Shown here: in pieces, positions 1 to 10,899 of the stretch
Layout of the letters: each line of letters opens with the position of its first letter
Position numbering within the stretch: the first letter of the stretch is position 1
NCBI RefSeq assembly: GCF_003367075.2
Contig: NZ_CP065936.1
Location: forward strand, 750,001-782,000
DNA from: Cylindrospermopsis raciborskii Cr2010
GTDB taxonomy: Bacteria; Cyanobacteriota; Cyanobacteriia; Cyanobacteriales; Nostocaceae
Direction: 5' to 3'
DNA length: 32,000 nt
Position numbers and translations under genes: made by a program
The notes under the pieces: generated by a model
Told to the model about the DNA's origin: nothing
The model's database searches: none
What the model saw: only the letters and a program-made list of their open reading frames with translations

Positions 1-75
1 TATTACCTGGTCAAACTGCTCAGGATTGATTTTCGTATCAGCAAGTCCAGTGTTGTTAGAAAAATTGTGATTCAT
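1..75 (-). CDS. Start of a CDS running off the left edge; N-terminus MNHNFSNNTGLADTKINPEQFDQVI, tentatively HetP-like
   Basis: Reverse-complement translation from ATG at 75..73 is open for 25 codons to the window edge. The ...I(T/N)PEQFDQV... pattern resembles the N-terminus of HetP-family proteins from memory; the diagnostic core is outside the window. Confidence 0.35.
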   Translation of the reverse strand, partial: MNHNFSNNTGLADTKINPEQFDQVI

Positions 76-452
76 AGTTAGTCTTACTTTTATTTTTTAG
101 GCGTGATTTATTTGATGAATGCTCAGATGTGATTGACCAGTTTCGGATCCGTGTTTAATTATCCTCTAGTCATCAACCCCAAAGAGTAACCAGAACAAGA
201 CTATGGTCATTGAGTATTGTTGTACAAATAGCCGCTGATAAATGGTGAAACTTTTTTATAAAGTATCACCATTTTTGAGTCAGTAAACCCATGGAATCTG
301 ACTTCTCTCAAGCTACATTTGTAATTTATACTATCTTTTTTTCCCATATCATCTGCCAAGATGGCAAGTTGATAAGTCAAATTTAGTGAAGATCTCAAAA
401 CGTTCATTTGGTCATTGTGCAAGTTTAACTTTCGTCTGATTTTTGTTAGATA

Positions 453-477
453 AATGGGGGGTCAGACCCCTCATTTT
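453..477. repeat. 25-bp near-perfect palindrome AAATGGGGGGTCAGACCCCTCATTT
   Basis: Read directly: 12-bp arms around A465, with one G:T mismatch (458/472). Confidence 0.6.
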
Positions 478-983
478 AGACAACTTTAAAGTTATCAATT
501 GTTGAATATTTGAGGCAATCTCAATTTGATGTAGGAGTGTAAAGCCTTATAGAATAAGAACTTCATAAATTATCACTCAGCAGAAATCCCTGATTTTCCG
601 TAAAATTGCCTTCGGTAGTTCCTTGATTATAGATTGTTATATGTTTTTTGGCAATCTCCTTTAATAAAATAATTATTAACACAGAAATAGCAAATCACTC
701 AAGTTAAATAAATAGCAATAACTGTGGGGCATGAAGATAGAATATTTTTATAATTTAGTTGCTTATGATACCATTTAATAATTTATTAAATTAAACATTT
801 AAGGGGAAATAAATGATGCTCCCTAACAAATACCCATAACCAAGTGTATTATCAAGTGATTCACGACATAGATGTCATATTTAATGTCAATTAATATATG
901 GAACCAGAACGCTATAAAAAGCTGGATAGACATTCTGGCCCGCTGGTGGCTATGGTTATCTCTTAAGATTTAATTACCAATAA

Positions 984-3362
984 CTATTTAAAGCATATAT
1001 ACACAGCCCAAATAGCCATAGGCCGAAGGTAGGTACTAGCCCGAAAAGTACCAGCAGCGGTGATCGCCTCTGGTGTGCGGAACTGTAGACCATGGTCATA
1101 GACCTGTCTCACCACTGCTTCGGTTAAACGCAAACCTTGATCTTTCATGCCCATTTGCAGTAAAAAAGCAGCCAAGCCAAAATTGATACCCGTCCAAACC
1201 TCCAGAGGGTGGGTAGCTTGAGGGTTTTCCGGTGAACCATCCAGAAGAACACCATTAGCAGCACCAAACTTACCATCTTGGAACTTGAGGAAACAAGCAT
1301 CGTAGATAGTAGTCAAAGCGGAAAGGGCCCGATCTTTTGGCACAATATCCGGTAGATTAAGCAACCTGGCATAAAACTGTCCTGATAGTTGATCAGCCAT
1401 CACCACATTGGAACCACTTTCACTATCTAAACGGTAAAATTTGCCATTCCATAGTTTTTGTTGATATACTGGCAATGATTGGTTTAACCAATGCTCATAA
1501 ATAGATTTTTGCTCCCCTACATTTGGTAATTCCGGGCGGTTTATCAAAACATCACAAATGGCGATCGCAGCTTCCAAAGCTGCCAACCACAAAGCACCAC
1601 AATAGGCGCTAACACCACTTAGTCGCCAATCATCAAAGGTCTGGTCGGGAGCGCCAGAATTTTCCGGTATTCCATCCCCATCCATGTCAAATTGTTTGAG
1701 ATAATCTAAAGTCAGCACCATACCATGCCAACAGTCAACTAGAAACTCTATATCATTAGCACCGGTAAACAGGAAATCACGGTACACCTGGAGGACAAAA
1801 TCACAACCCAAATCTTTCCATAGGTTACAGTCCTGATAACTGGTATAGTTGGTTTGCTCCCAAACCCACTCATTAGGTGCGCCTAAATCGTGAGGTGTAG
1901 CCCCTGCTACCTTGCGTAATGCCATCGGACTGGGGGAGTTAATGGTTAAATAGTATCCAATAATTCTAGATCTATCATCACTTTGGGGGATGGCCCGCAC
2001 AAAAGCACGAATGACCGCCTTTTCCAATTCTGGGAATAAAATTAACAGTCCAAAGGAACCATATAATCTAACATCTAAACTCTCATACCAACGATAGTCT
2101 AAACATTCTAAAACCGCGAATTGACCCATGGGGTCTTTTTCCGTCCCTGCACTCCACAGGGTTCCCCCACTAGTTAAATCATACAGTTCGTTAAATAAAG
2201 CCATCTTGAACCAGCTTGGTAAATCCTCCCTTTCCAGAATTGGTTTTTGCCAACTCTCAATATGCGATCGCCAGTTGTAGCATTCTTTCAGAGCACAAGT
2301 AGCAATCTGCCAAGCATTATCGCCGGTAGTGCCGAAAAAATCAGTATATCTACGATAATAGTTGACACCTGCTGCAAATTCTGTCACTGGAAAGTCCCAA
2401 CTCAAGACGAAAGGAACTGTTAAAGTTTCCCCAGGTGGGAGAGTAAAGCGAACTGCAACAGCAGCGCCCAAACGGGAATTTACATCTGCGGGGGTTTCGT
2501 CCTGGTAATTAGATAGAGAGCCATTCTGACTAAAGTCACGCCAAATTTCTTCACCATTACCCAGGGGATTAAATTGGCAATGATAGAATAATTCAACCTG
2601 GGGATTTTTCACAGTAGCAATACACCAAGTACCATCACCTTCTTGAATTGGATGATCTGTAGCTCGACCTAAAACACAACCCAAATATTGGTCATTTTCT
2701 GCTAACCAGTTATAGTTCCCCTGACTTTCACCCCATCGCGGTTGATATTCATATACAGGAGAGCCATCATCCCTGATTTTAACTTGAGGAGATTTAAGAG
2801 CATTAGTAAACCACCCAGTCATATTCTCCCAACTCAACATAATACTCGCAGTAAGGGGTTGATTAGTTGGGTTATGGATATTCCATAAGAAAACAGCTAC
2901 CGGATAACTAGTTTCTCGGTAGTTATGGGCCCAAACCGGGGAAAATTGTTCGCAAGTGAATTGTAGGGGAAATACGTTTTCATATACAAACCAACTGCGG
3001 GGGTAGAGTGCGTGATATGTCCCCCCATCAGTATTGGGATACCATTGCCAGGTTTGTAAGGTGTTATCTTCTGGTGGTTGGGTGGATAACGCGTAAGCTT
3101 GACCAGATGTAAAAATACTGAACTGACACCCAGGAACATTTTTAAAAACATGTTCACCCCCATCAATATGCCATAAATTAAAATCTCCCCGAGAGGAACG
3201 ACCAATACAACCTGCTCCAAAACCACCTAATGGCATACCATGAAATGGCCCATCATCCAAATTGCTGGGATAGCGGACTCTATATGGTCTTTCCCACCCC
3301 AGACCAATAGCACGTTTCCACGTGTGGGGCGGTATTTCACTGTATTTGTTCATAGTCTTCAA
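984..3362 (-). CDS. GH116 family / GBA2-like non-lysosomal glucosylceramidase (beta-glucosidase)
   Basis: 792 aa ORF; GGFGAGCIGR N-terminal motif, VLECLDYRWYESLDVRLYGSF and DQTFDDW motifs typical of GBA2/GH116 proteins. Confidence 0.85.
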   Translation of the reverse strand: MKTMNKYSEIPPHTWKRAIGLGWERPYRVRYPSNLDDGPFHGMPLGGFGAGCIGRSSRGDFNLWHIDGGEHVFKNVPGCQFSIFTSGQAYALSTQPPEDNTLQTWQWYPNTDGGTYHALYPRSWFVYENVFPLQFTCEQFSPVWAHNYRETSYPVAVFLWNIHNPTNQPLTASIMLSWENMTGWFTNALKSPQVKIRDDGSPVYEYQPRWGESQGNYNWLAENDQYLGCVLGRATDHPIQEGDGTWCIATVKNPQVELFYHCQFNPLGNGEEIWRDFSQNGSLSNYQDETPADVNSRLGAAVAVRFTLPPGETLTVPFVLSWDFPVTEFAAGVNYYRRYTDFFGTTGDNAWQIATCALKECYNWRSHIESWQKPILEREDLPSWFKMALFNELYDLTSGGTLWSAGTEKDPMGQFAVLECLDYRWYESLDVRLYGSFGLLILFPELEKAVIRAFVRAIPQSDDRSRIIGYYLTINSPSPMALRKVAGATPHDLGAPNEWVWEQTNYTSYQDCNLWKDLGCDFVLQVYRDFLFTGANDIEFLVDCWHGMVLTLDYLKQFDMDGDGIPENSGAPDQTFDDWRLSGVSAYCGALWLAALEAAIAICDVLINRPELPNVGEQKSIYEHWLNQSLPVYQQKLWNGKFYRLDSESGSNVVMADQLSGQFYARLLNLPDIVPKDRALSALTTIYDACFLKFQDGKFGAANGVLLDGSPENPQATHPLEVWTGINFGLAAFLLQMGMKDQGLRLTEAVVRQVYDHGLQFRTPEAITAAGTFRASTYLRPMAIWAVYICFK

Positions 3363-3434
3363 AAAGTTTTCCCAATCTCAACAGTATAACCTTGGTTATA
3401 TATAATATATTTGTAACAATTATTAATAAAACAG

Positions 3435-4187
3435 ATGTTATCTAATATCATAGAATTCACCGCGCTGACAATAATTATATTTTGCGCACTTTCTGTCAGA
3501 TATTTTCTTGTATCCTGGCCCCTTTATTGGTTGCTGTGGACTCGTCGTCCTCGTTCCTGGGAAAAACGCCGTCTTCAGGAAATTAAAGAAAACAGTCAGA
3601 ATATCAAAACTGAAATCAAATGGTCTATTCTATCCAGTCTAATTTTCTCCCCAGGAGTCGCTCTGTCCATGACTATCATTAGTAATGGATATACCAAGGT
3701 GTACACTAATCCTCTGGAATATGGCTATTTATACTTGCCTATAAGCATACTCATATATTTATTCTTACACGATACATATTTTTACTGGACCCATTTATGG
3801 TTACACAATCCTAAAATATATCGCCGCTTTCATCGAATACATCATCAATCTATCAAACCCACACCCTGGACATCCTTCTGCTTTGACCCTTTAGAAAGTA
3901 TAATGCAGGCAGTGATTATTCCTGTCATGCTGCTGATCATTCCCATTCATACCAGCATGTTAATACTATTATTAATATTAATGACGCTATTTGGCGTGAT
4001 TAATCACCTAGGTTATGAAGTTTATCCCCGTTCCTGGATTAAGGGTTTTTGGGGTGAACATTGGATTACACCCTCCCATCACACCCTACATCATCACAAA
4101 TTCAATTGTAATTATGGTCTTTATTTTCGCTTTTGGGATAAGGTGATGGGGACGGATGTTATACAAGAGGAAAAACTACATTTTTAA
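3435..4187 (+). CDS. Sterol desaturase / fatty acid hydroxylase superfamily membrane di-iron enzyme
   Basis: Multiple TM segments and histidine boxes HDTYFYWTHLWLH, HRIHH, HHTLHHHKFNCNYG. Confidence 0.85.
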   Translation: MLSNIIEFTALTIIIFCALSVRYFLVSWPLYWLLWTRRPRSWEKRRLQEIKENSQNIKTEIKWSILSSLIFSPGVALSMTIISNGYTKVYTNPLEYGYLYLPISILIYLFLHDTYFYWTHLWLHNPKIYRRFHRIHHQSIKPTPWTSFCFDPLESIMQAVIIPVMLLIIPIHTSMLILLLILMTLFGVINHLGYEVYPRSWIKGFWGEHWITPSHHTLHHHKFNCNYGLYFRFWDKVMGTDVIQEEKLHF

Positions 4188-4189
4188 AC

Positions 4190-4492
4190 TTACTTGCTAC
4201 CATAGAAAAAAGCAATCTCTTTTTCCTTTAAGGGTGCAAAACCAGCTGCTACTAATTTCTCATCTAACTCCGCTTGGGGTATGTGTTTAGCACCAATGCG
4301 AACAATTCGAGAACGCATGGTGTTAGATACCCCACTCCGTTGTCTACCTGCTTCCAATCCCATAACGTAATTATATAACTCCAGCTTGACGGTAGGAATG
4401 GGGGATCCATCAAAGTCAATTCCCTGTGCGATCGCTATATCTACAGCATCAGCGCCAGTGGTTGGATTTTGTGCAGTTGTTTCGGTGGTCAT
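4190..4492 (-). CDS. Conserved small cyanobacterial protein of unknown function (100 aa)
   Basis: Complete ORF with ordinary composition, ending 2 bp from the convergent hydroxylase gene. Confidence 0.6.
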   Translation of the reverse strand: MTTETTAQNPTTGADAVDIAIAQGIDFDGSPIPTVKLELYNYVMGLEAGRQRSGVSNTMRSRIVRIGAKHIPQAELDEKLVAAGFAPLKEKEIAFFYGSK

Positions 4493-4544
4493 GGCTATAA
4501 TCTGGTTAAACTTAACAGGTATTCTATCAGGAAGAGGAGAGAAT

Positions 4545-4805
4545 TTAACCTAAATAATCAATTTTACGCACCACCAAACCACCAAAAAACGCTCCTAATA
4601 TTGTACCAGTCCAAATTCCCGCTATGCTACCTTGCCATATTGCTCCTGGTGTTACCACTACATGACAAATCTGTTGCCAACCCCATAGTTGAGTCAGGCA
4701 TTTTTGATTATGTAACATAGAGGAGATTTGTGCAGCTGTTAATCCACCAATTATGCCTGATAATAGCGCAATAACAGTACAAATTAAAGTGCGTTTTTTG
4801 ATCAT
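4545..4805 (-). CDS. Small hypothetical membrane protein (86 aa)
   Basis: Two hydrophobic segments containing Gly-rich TM motifs (SGIIGG, GTILGAFFGG); same strand as and just downstream of ppc. Confidence 0.5.
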   Translation of the reverse strand: MIKKRTLICTVIALLSGIIGGLTAAQISSMLHNQKCLTQLWGWQQICHVVVTPGAIWQGSIAGIWTGTILGAFFGGLVVRKIDYLG

Positions 4806-4826
4806 TCCACCACTCCTTAAAAATCA

Positions 4827-7800
4827 TCAACCAGTATTTCTCATTCCTGCTGCAATCCCATTAATAGTCAACAATGCGCCGCGTAGTAATTCCCCTTTAC
4901 TGTAACGAGAATGTATTACTCCCGGTGTACTACTAGTCTTGTACTGTCTCAATCGCTTGAGTAAGGAAACCTGAATGAACCCCAATGGCAATATGGTGCT
5001 ATTTCGTAATTGTACTGACCGCTGCAAGGTGGGATCTTCGTCTAGTAGTCTTTGATTTCCCGTGATTTTCAACACCAGGTCCCTAGTCAAATAGTATTCC
5101 CTGGCAATTTGGAAAAATACTTTCTCAAATCTTGATCTGTCTTCTGGACTGGAAAGTTCCTGTACATAATGACGTGCCATCTCTATATCCACTTTTGCTA
5201 GGGTCATTTCTACTTTGGAAATTACCATTTTAAAGAAAGGCCACTTAATATAGAAATAACGCATTAGTTTCAAATGTTCTTCCGGTTTTTCTTGTAGAAA
5301 CTCATCTAATGCCGTACCTACACCATACCAAGAAGGCAATAAAAATCTGGTTTGTGTCCAACTAAATACCCAAGGTATAGCTCTTAAACTGCCCAAATCT
5401 TTTTTGCCAGATGATCGCCGGGCTGGGCGAGAACTAATTTGTAACTGACTAATTTCTTCAATAGGCGTTACCTGATGAAAGAAGTCAATAAAATCAGGAT
5501 CTTCATAAATCAAAGCTCGATAATGTTGACGAGATCTCACCGACAATTCTTCCATGATCTCATTCCACGCTTCAATGTCATCAAACCCTGTTCTCAATAA
5601 ACTAGCCTGCACTACTGCGCTAGTAATTGTTTCTATATGATACAAAGCTAAATCTAACAGAGAATATTTAGAAGCTAAAACTTCTCCCTGTTCGGTAATC
5701 TTGATCCTACCATTAATACTATGTCCAGGTTGGGCTAAAATCGCCTCGTAGGCTGGTCCACCACCACGACCTACCGATCCCCCCCGCCCATGGAAAATTC
5801 TCAGGTTTAAACCGTATTCTTCAGCAATTTCTTGCAGGGATTTTTGGGCTTTGTGGATTTCCCAATTACTACTTAAAAAACCAGAGTCTTTATTACTGTC
5901 GGAATATCCTAACATCACTTCTTGGAGGTTAGGTTTAAGATCGCTATGGGATAGGTTATTTTCTGTGTGATCGGGTTTATAACCTCCCGCTAGGAAAGCA
6001 CGATATAGGGGAAGTTCAAATAATTCCCGCATCACACTTCTGGATCTTTGTAAATCTTCTACAGTTTCAAATAGGGGAACTACACGAATAGAGCCAACCG
6101 CAGTAGCAGGGTCAAATAATTGGGCCTCCTTGGCTAGTAGTAGTACCTCTAATACGTCACTAACTTGCCGACACATGCTAATAATATATGTTTGGCAGAT
6201 CCTAATCCTAAATTCCTGTTGTAGCGATCGCACCACTCGGAAAGTTTCAATGACATCATTAGTTTTTTCCGAAAATGGCAATTCTGCTGGAATTAAAGGT
6301 CTTCTAGTCTGTAATTCTGCTGTCAACCAACTCACTCTTTCGCTTTCTGAGAGTTCATTATAGGTTCCGGGAAGGATTTGCAGGTATTCAAGAATTTCAT
6401 TGATTGCATCAGAGTGTCTAGAAGATTCTTGACGAATATCTAACTGGGCTAGATGAAAGTCAAAAATCTCCACCTGACAAATCAAATTATCCAACTCTCC
6501 ACAACTCAATCCAGTTTCTGTTAAGTTACGTTGAATCAGTCTTAGCTCCGCCAAAAATTCTTCCCCCGAAGCATATTTATCAGAATCCTCATTGGTGGGA
6601 GTCTCCCCACGATATAAAGACAAATTCCGATCTCTGGTATTTTCCAATCTTCTTAACACATAGGAAAGTTTTAAGCGATAAGGCTCTTGACGATAGCGGA
6701 GAGCTAAAGCATCGTAAACATCACCTAATACAGATTGGTCCAATTCTAAAGATTCCAACAAATCTGGTAGGACATCACTCCAGTGCATGGAAATGCTCAG
6801 TAACTCAATCAGCTTTTTCACAGATTGAATATATCTCTCTAAAACCATTTTTCGCTGGTAACAGGCAGTTTTCCAAGTCACCTCGGGTGTCACTGATGGG
6901 TTACCATCCCGATCGGAACCTACCCAAGAGCCAAAAGAACAAAAGTTCTTACCAGGTGGTTCCAACCAAGGAAATGTTTGTTTTAAAGCATAAGCAAATC
7001 GTTTATACAATTGAGGAATACCATCAAATAGAACCTCTTGAAAGTAATGTAATGCATAGTCTACTTCATCTAATACGGTTGGTTTAAACTGATGCAGTTC
7101 ATCTGTGCGCCACCAGAGGCGAATCTCTTCTAATAAACGCTCCTTAATTTCTGCCAGTTCCCAGGGATGAGCACCAGTATGGGTTTGTAGAGTATCCAAC
7201 TGCTGTAAAAGGTGTACTACCTGTCTTTGTTTGTCCCGGATGGTGTGGCGGACAATTTCCGTGGGATGTGCTGTGAAGACTAAGCGCACATCCAGTTGAG
7301 AAATCAGTCTTTGAATCTGCTGAGGTGGAACATTTAATCTAAATAGTAGGGGGAATAACACCGCAAAGGTTCCCTTCTGGTAAGGGGTAATTTTATCATT
7401 CCCAGTCTCTTTATTGATAGGTAGATCATTTTCCCTTTGATTAGTTGAATAAATAATGTTAGGCCAGCTTTCTTGGTCCATAGGATCGGGCACCGAATAG
7501 CGGGTTAACTGTTGCTTTTGTTCATATTCTTGCTCAATAATGTTAATTAACTGGAAGTATAAAGCGAAAGCACGAGCAGCACGAATAGCTTCATTAATAT
7601 TGAGCTGTTCAATCAGTGCTACTGCTGAGGATGCTTGATCATGGGTGGTTTGTCCTTCCGGTGAACACAAATCCCGTAGTTGACGCAGCAGGTCAACCAT
7701 TTTTTGTCCACATTCTTGTCTGAGAACCGACTCCCATAATTCTTCTACTACGTGCAGACGATGACGTAAAAATAATTCAGACATAGGGTGCATATTTGCC

Positions 7801-7832
7801 GCTGGCAATGAAGAGTATAAAATCGAACTCAT
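4827..7832 (-). CDS. ppc: Phosphoenolpyruvate carboxylase
   Basis: [41 protein letters not shown] motifs and C-terminal RNTG. Tool ORF extends to 7877; MSSILYSS at 7832 is a more likely start. Confidence 0.98.
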   Translation of the reverse strand: MSSILYSSLPAANMHPMSELFLRHRLHVVEELWESVLRQECGQKMVDLLRQLRDLCSPEGQTTHDQASSAVALIEQLNINEAIRAARAFALYFQLINIIEQEYEQKQQLTRYSVPDPMDQESWPNIIYSTNQRENDLPINKETGNDKITPYQKGTFAVLFPLLFRLNVPPQQIQRLISQLDVRLVFTAHPTEIVRHTIRDKQRQVVHLLQQLDTLQTHTGAHPWELAEIKERLLEEIRLWWRTDELHQFKPTVLDEVDYALHYFQEVLFDGIPQLYKRFAYALKQTFPWLEPPGKNFCSFGSWVGSDRDGNPSVTPEVTWKTACYQRKMVLERYIQSVKKLIELLSISMHWSDVLPDLLESLELDQSVLGDVYDALALRYRQEPYRLKLSYVLRRLENTRDRNLSLYRGETPTNEDSDKYASGEEFLAELRLIQRNLTETGLSCGELDNLICQVEIFDFHLAQLDIRQESSRHSDAINEILEYLQILPGTYNELSESERVSWLTAELQTRRPLIPAELPFSEKTNDVIETFRVVRSLQQEFRIRICQTYIISMCRQVSDVLEVLLLAKEAQLFDPATAVGSIRVVPLFETVEDLQRSRSVMRELFELPLYRAFLAGGYKPDHTENNLSHSDLKPNLQEVMLGYSDSNKDSGFLSSNWEIHKAQKSLQEIAEEYGLNLRIFHGRGGSVGRGGGPAYEAILAQPGHSINGRIKITEQGEVLASKYSLLDLALYHIETITSAVVQASLLRTGFDDIEAWNEIMEELSVRSRQHYRALIYEDPDFIDFFHQVTPIEEISQLQISSRPARRSSGKKDLGSLRAIPWVFSWTQTRFLLPSWYGVGTALDEFLQEKPEEHLKLMRYFYIKWPFFKMVISKVEMTLAKVDIEMARHYVQELSSPEDRSRFEKVFFQIAREYYLTRDLVLKITGNQRLLDEDPTLQRSVQLRNSTILPLGFIQVSLLKRLRQYKTSSTPGVIHSRYSKGELLRGALLTINGIAAGMRNTG

Positions 7833-8223
7833 ATTTTTTGCTCCGGTCCGCTTAACCTGTAATTCTATCCTCAGCACAGGAAGTTTCGGGGAATTTTAGT
7901 GGAGGGAGGCGATCGCCCCTAAATATCTCCTCACTAGCAGTTCCCAGGGTTGTAATCACCTCACTAGTTACTTTATTTGCTATGAGTAGTAGTAACATGG
8001 ACATTGTGCCTATTTGTAGTAACGGGGAATGGGAAATAGTAGAAGACATGATTTATTCTGTAGATTGGTGGTTTTAGAATCACTAGTTACAATGATACTG
8101 GCAATTATATATATAAGGTGTAGATCGAGCACGCCCAAATTATAGGTTAAGTAGGTTAATTCTATGGTGATTTAACCTCTAATAATATCTTTGCTCATTT
8201 CTACAGCTACAAAGGTAACAAAA

Positions 8224-10899
8224 ATGTTAAAAAAAACTGCCAAATGTGATAAATCCATGATTTTTCCTGAGCAACCGCAAAGCCGTAACCAATTAGACAA
8301 AAATCTACACAGCAGCGGCGCATCCCTATTATTACAAGCTAATGAACCCAAATCTTACCATAGCAATTTAAGCGTTTCTAATGAAAATCTAGCAAGACAA
8401 GGTGACATCCAGGCTATATCGCGATACTTAAGCGAAAGTCTAAGTTCATTAGGTGTTTCAGTAGAGGTAAAAAGCAAACCTCTAAAATTTAATGTGGGTT
8501 CACAAACCAAGATGAACCAAGAGGGCGATCGCCTATGGGTATTTTGTCAATCTACCTACAGTCATGATCCTGAATTACTAGCGGAACCAATCGCCCAGAA
8601 GTTACGCCATTTGAACCTAGAAAATTACGGGGATGCACTAATTGTATCTCAAGTTCTAGGGGAAACGAATCCAGACTGGTTGTTAAGGGTAGATCTAACT
8701 TTGGCAGAAACCATGGTTCAAGAGTGGGCCCGCTGGGGAGATCTAGAAGCAATTGATCGCCTGCTGAACCAGTCCCTATCAAATTTGGGGGTTTCCGTTA
8801 CCATTTCTTTGCAAAAATTTACCCTACATATATTTTGTTATCCCACTGGTCTGCTGAAAAATCCACCTGAAAAGGAGGAATGTTTGCCCATAATTGCCAA
8901 TCAATTGGGGAACATTGGTCCCCAGGGCGTACTATCAGCTACCGTATATGGGCAATCAGCCAAAGAAGCACAACCAGAATGGATAGACTGGTTGTCTTTA
9001 CCTGCTGCGGAAAATACAAAGTTGTCTACCCCAACCAAAGAACTAGCAGCATCAGGAGACCAAGGGGCAATAATTTTCCTTTTAGAACGTCTACTTAATC
9101 ATGATATAGATTGGCGGTTAAGAACGGGGGGAATTCGTATTCTTACCTTGCAAAAAGGTAACATATTACATATTATGTGTGACGCCACTACCTGTCCACC
9201 CCAAGAACAGGTAGCTGACAAAGTAACTGAATTTGCACAACAAATTAGAGCGATCGCTGGTGTGAGAATCTATGGTCGTCGCGCAGGTGACAGGGATCCC
9301 CTTTGGCGTTATGGTGTCAACTTTCCTGGGACTAATCAAGCACTAACGGAAGAATTAGTTTTAGTAGACACACCAAAGTTTGCCTCAATAGTGGAGTATA
9401 AAGAATATAGAGAATATAATAGTAGTTTAGTCAATTATCAGCCCAGTAGTAACTTAACTACATATATTTATAGTGATAGTGGGATCGAGGTAGAAGAGGA
9501 AAGTGAATATCGATCCATAGGTCTTCATCAACAAATAAAAGACTTAATAAAAAAGTTACTTTTAACAACTCAAGTATTCATACCAATCCAAAATCAAAGA
9601 GATATAGATCCAAAAGCAAAGGGAATTTCAGCCGGGTTTTTGTGGTTAGTTTTAGGAATAATCTTAATTATCCAAAGCGATTGGCTTTTAGGGAATTTAA
9701 CCATGATTAGACAACAATCCCAAGGGACAAAACATAACCAACCCAAAGATTTAAAATTATCTAACAGTTCCGATTCTTCCCCCAGTTCCAACACTTGGGT
9801 ATTGAGTCAACATAATCAAGTTTCATTAGAAGACTCTTCTATGAACCTGCCAAGTTTTAATGCCAAGCAATTAGATGCACAATTAGCACTATATAGAAAA
9901 CGATTAAAAACAGATGGCAAACCACCAGATATATTGATCCTTGGTTCTTCTCGTGCATTACGGGGTATTGACCCATCAGCTATTGGTCAGACCCTAGCTA
10001 GTCGTGGCTATCCAGAAGTTAGCATTTTTAATCTAGGGATTAATGGATCCACTGCTCAAGTGGTAGAATTTGTGATTTGCCAAGTCTTGACACCTGCGGA
10101 ATTGCCAAAAATAATTATTTGGGGAGACGGTTCCAGAGCATTTAACAATGGTCGTCTAGATATAACTTTTAATGCTATTGCTGCTTCCCAGGGATATAAG
10201 GAGGTATTAAAAAGAGCCAATGAACGAAAAATGAATGAAAACTCATCTGTAGCAAATAAAAGCTCTACAGAAAATAACATTACCAATATTACTGAAATTA
10301 ATAGCCAACAGGTAGCAAATGAGATATTAAATGAGTACTTAGCCAATTTATCTTTAGGTTATCAAAAGCGTGAAGAAATCAAGAAATTATTTTTCGATAA
10401 CCTGAATAATTTAGACCTAATTAATAACTATCAAAAGAATAATAACTCCCCAGGTGCAGAAAGCAATATTAATCAATTTAATGGATTTTTACCCATATCC
10501 ATAAAATTTGATGCTAAAACTTACTATCAAAAGTATCCTAAAGTGTTTGGTGCTTACGATAGTGACTACAAAGATTTTCAGCTAGATGGCATGCAACACA
10601 ACGCATTAAATTCTATTTTGCAATTCACACAAAAACAACAGATACATCTAATTTTCATTAATATGCCATTAACAACAGACTATCTAGACTCCTTCAGGTC
10701 TAAATATGAGCGAAAATTCAAAAGATATATGTTAGGTAATGCTAGAGAGAATCCCAATTTCACCTACGGTGATTTCAGTCGCACCTGGAAAGAAATTGAT
10801 GAATACTTTTCTGATCCCAGCCATCTGAACCGCTATGGAGCCCATGAACTCTCCCAGAAATTAGCTACTGATATGATCATCCCTTGGTTGAAGAAATAA
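8224..10899 (+). CDS. Membrane-anchored SGNH-hydrolase-like (DUF1574-type) protein with repeated N-terminal modules
   Basis: N-terminal repeated modules, one TM (FLWLVLGIILIIQSDWLLG), SGNH-like block ILILGSSRALRGIDP and C-terminal DPSHLNRYG (DxxH). The ORF track start at 8191 is TTG; ATG at 8224 is in frame. Confidence 0.7.
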   Translation: MLKKTAKCDKSMIFPEQPQSRNQLDKNLHSSGASLLLQANEPKSYHSNLSVSNENLARQGDIQAISRYLSESLSSLGVSVEVKSKPLKFNVGSQTKMNQEGDRLWVFCQSTYSHDPELLAEPIAQKLRHLNLENYGDALIVSQVLGETNPDWLLRVDLTLAETMVQEWARWGDLEAIDRLLNQSLSNLGVSVTISLQKFTLHIFCYPTGLLKNPPEKEECLPIIANQLGNIGPQGVLSATVYGQSAKEAQPEWIDWLSLPAAENTKLSTPTKELAASGDQGAIIFLLERLLNHDIDWRLRTGGIRILTLQKGNILHIMCDATTCPPQEQVADKVTEFAQQIRAIAGVRIYGRRAGDRDPLWRYGVNFPGTNQALTEELVLVDTPKFASIVEYKEYREYNSSLVNYQPSSNLTTYIYSDSGIEVEEESEYRSIGLHQQIKDLIKKLLLTTQVFIPIQNQRDIDPKAKGISAGFLWLVLGIILIIQSDWLLGNLTMIRQQSQGTKHNQPKDLKLSNSSDSSPSSNTWVLSQHNQVSLEDSSMNLPSFNAKQLDAQLALYRKRLKTDGKPPDILILGSSRALRGIDPSAIGQTLASRGYPEVSIFNLGINGSTAQVVEFVICQVLTPAELPKIIIWGDGSRAFNNGRLDITFNAIAASQGYKEVLKRANERKMNENSSVANKSSTENNITNITEINSQQVANEILNEYLANLSLGYQKREEIKKLFFDNLNNLDLINNYQKNNNSPGAESNINQFNGFLPISIKFDAKTYYQKYPKVFGAYDSDYKDFQLDGMQHNALNSILQFTQKQQIHLIFINMPLTTDYLDSFRSKYERKFKRYMLGNARENPNFTYGDFSRTWKEIDEYFSDPSHLNRYGAHELSQKLATDMIIPWLKK
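8386..9330 (+). repeat. Three tandem divergent ~95-100 aa modules within the DUF1574-like protein
   Basis: Aligned starts: DIQAISRYLSESLSSLGVSVEV / DLEAIDRLLNQSLSNLGVSVTI / DQGAIIFLLERLLNHDIDWRLR, each followed by LWVFCQ / LHIFCY / LHIMCD and by DALIVSQVLGETNPDW / GVLSATVYGQSAKEAQPEW / GVRIYGRRAGDRDPLW. Confidence 0.75.

Noticed and set aside
207-422. 71-aa ORF near the left edge
   Set aside because: Short, low-complexity-like composition, no recognisable motif; cannot be supported as coding.
2897-3226. 109-aa ORF antisense to the GH116 gene
   Set aside because: Lies entirely inside a convincingly coding reverse-strand gene; likely spurious.
4469-4720. 83-aa plus-strand ORF
   Set aside because: Antisense to the two small minus-strand genes and without recognisable features.
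6130-7087. Plus-strand ORFs antisense to ppc (77 and 66 aa)
   Set aside because: Opposite a strongly conserved gene; shadow ORFs.
7908-7915. GCGATCGC octamers (also at 8525 and elsewhere)
   Set aside because: These are the well-known HIP1 element of cyanobacteria, not a new signal.
8552-10346. Several short ORFs overlapping the DUF1574-like gene
   Set aside because: Minus-strand or alternate-frame shadows of a long coherent ORF.
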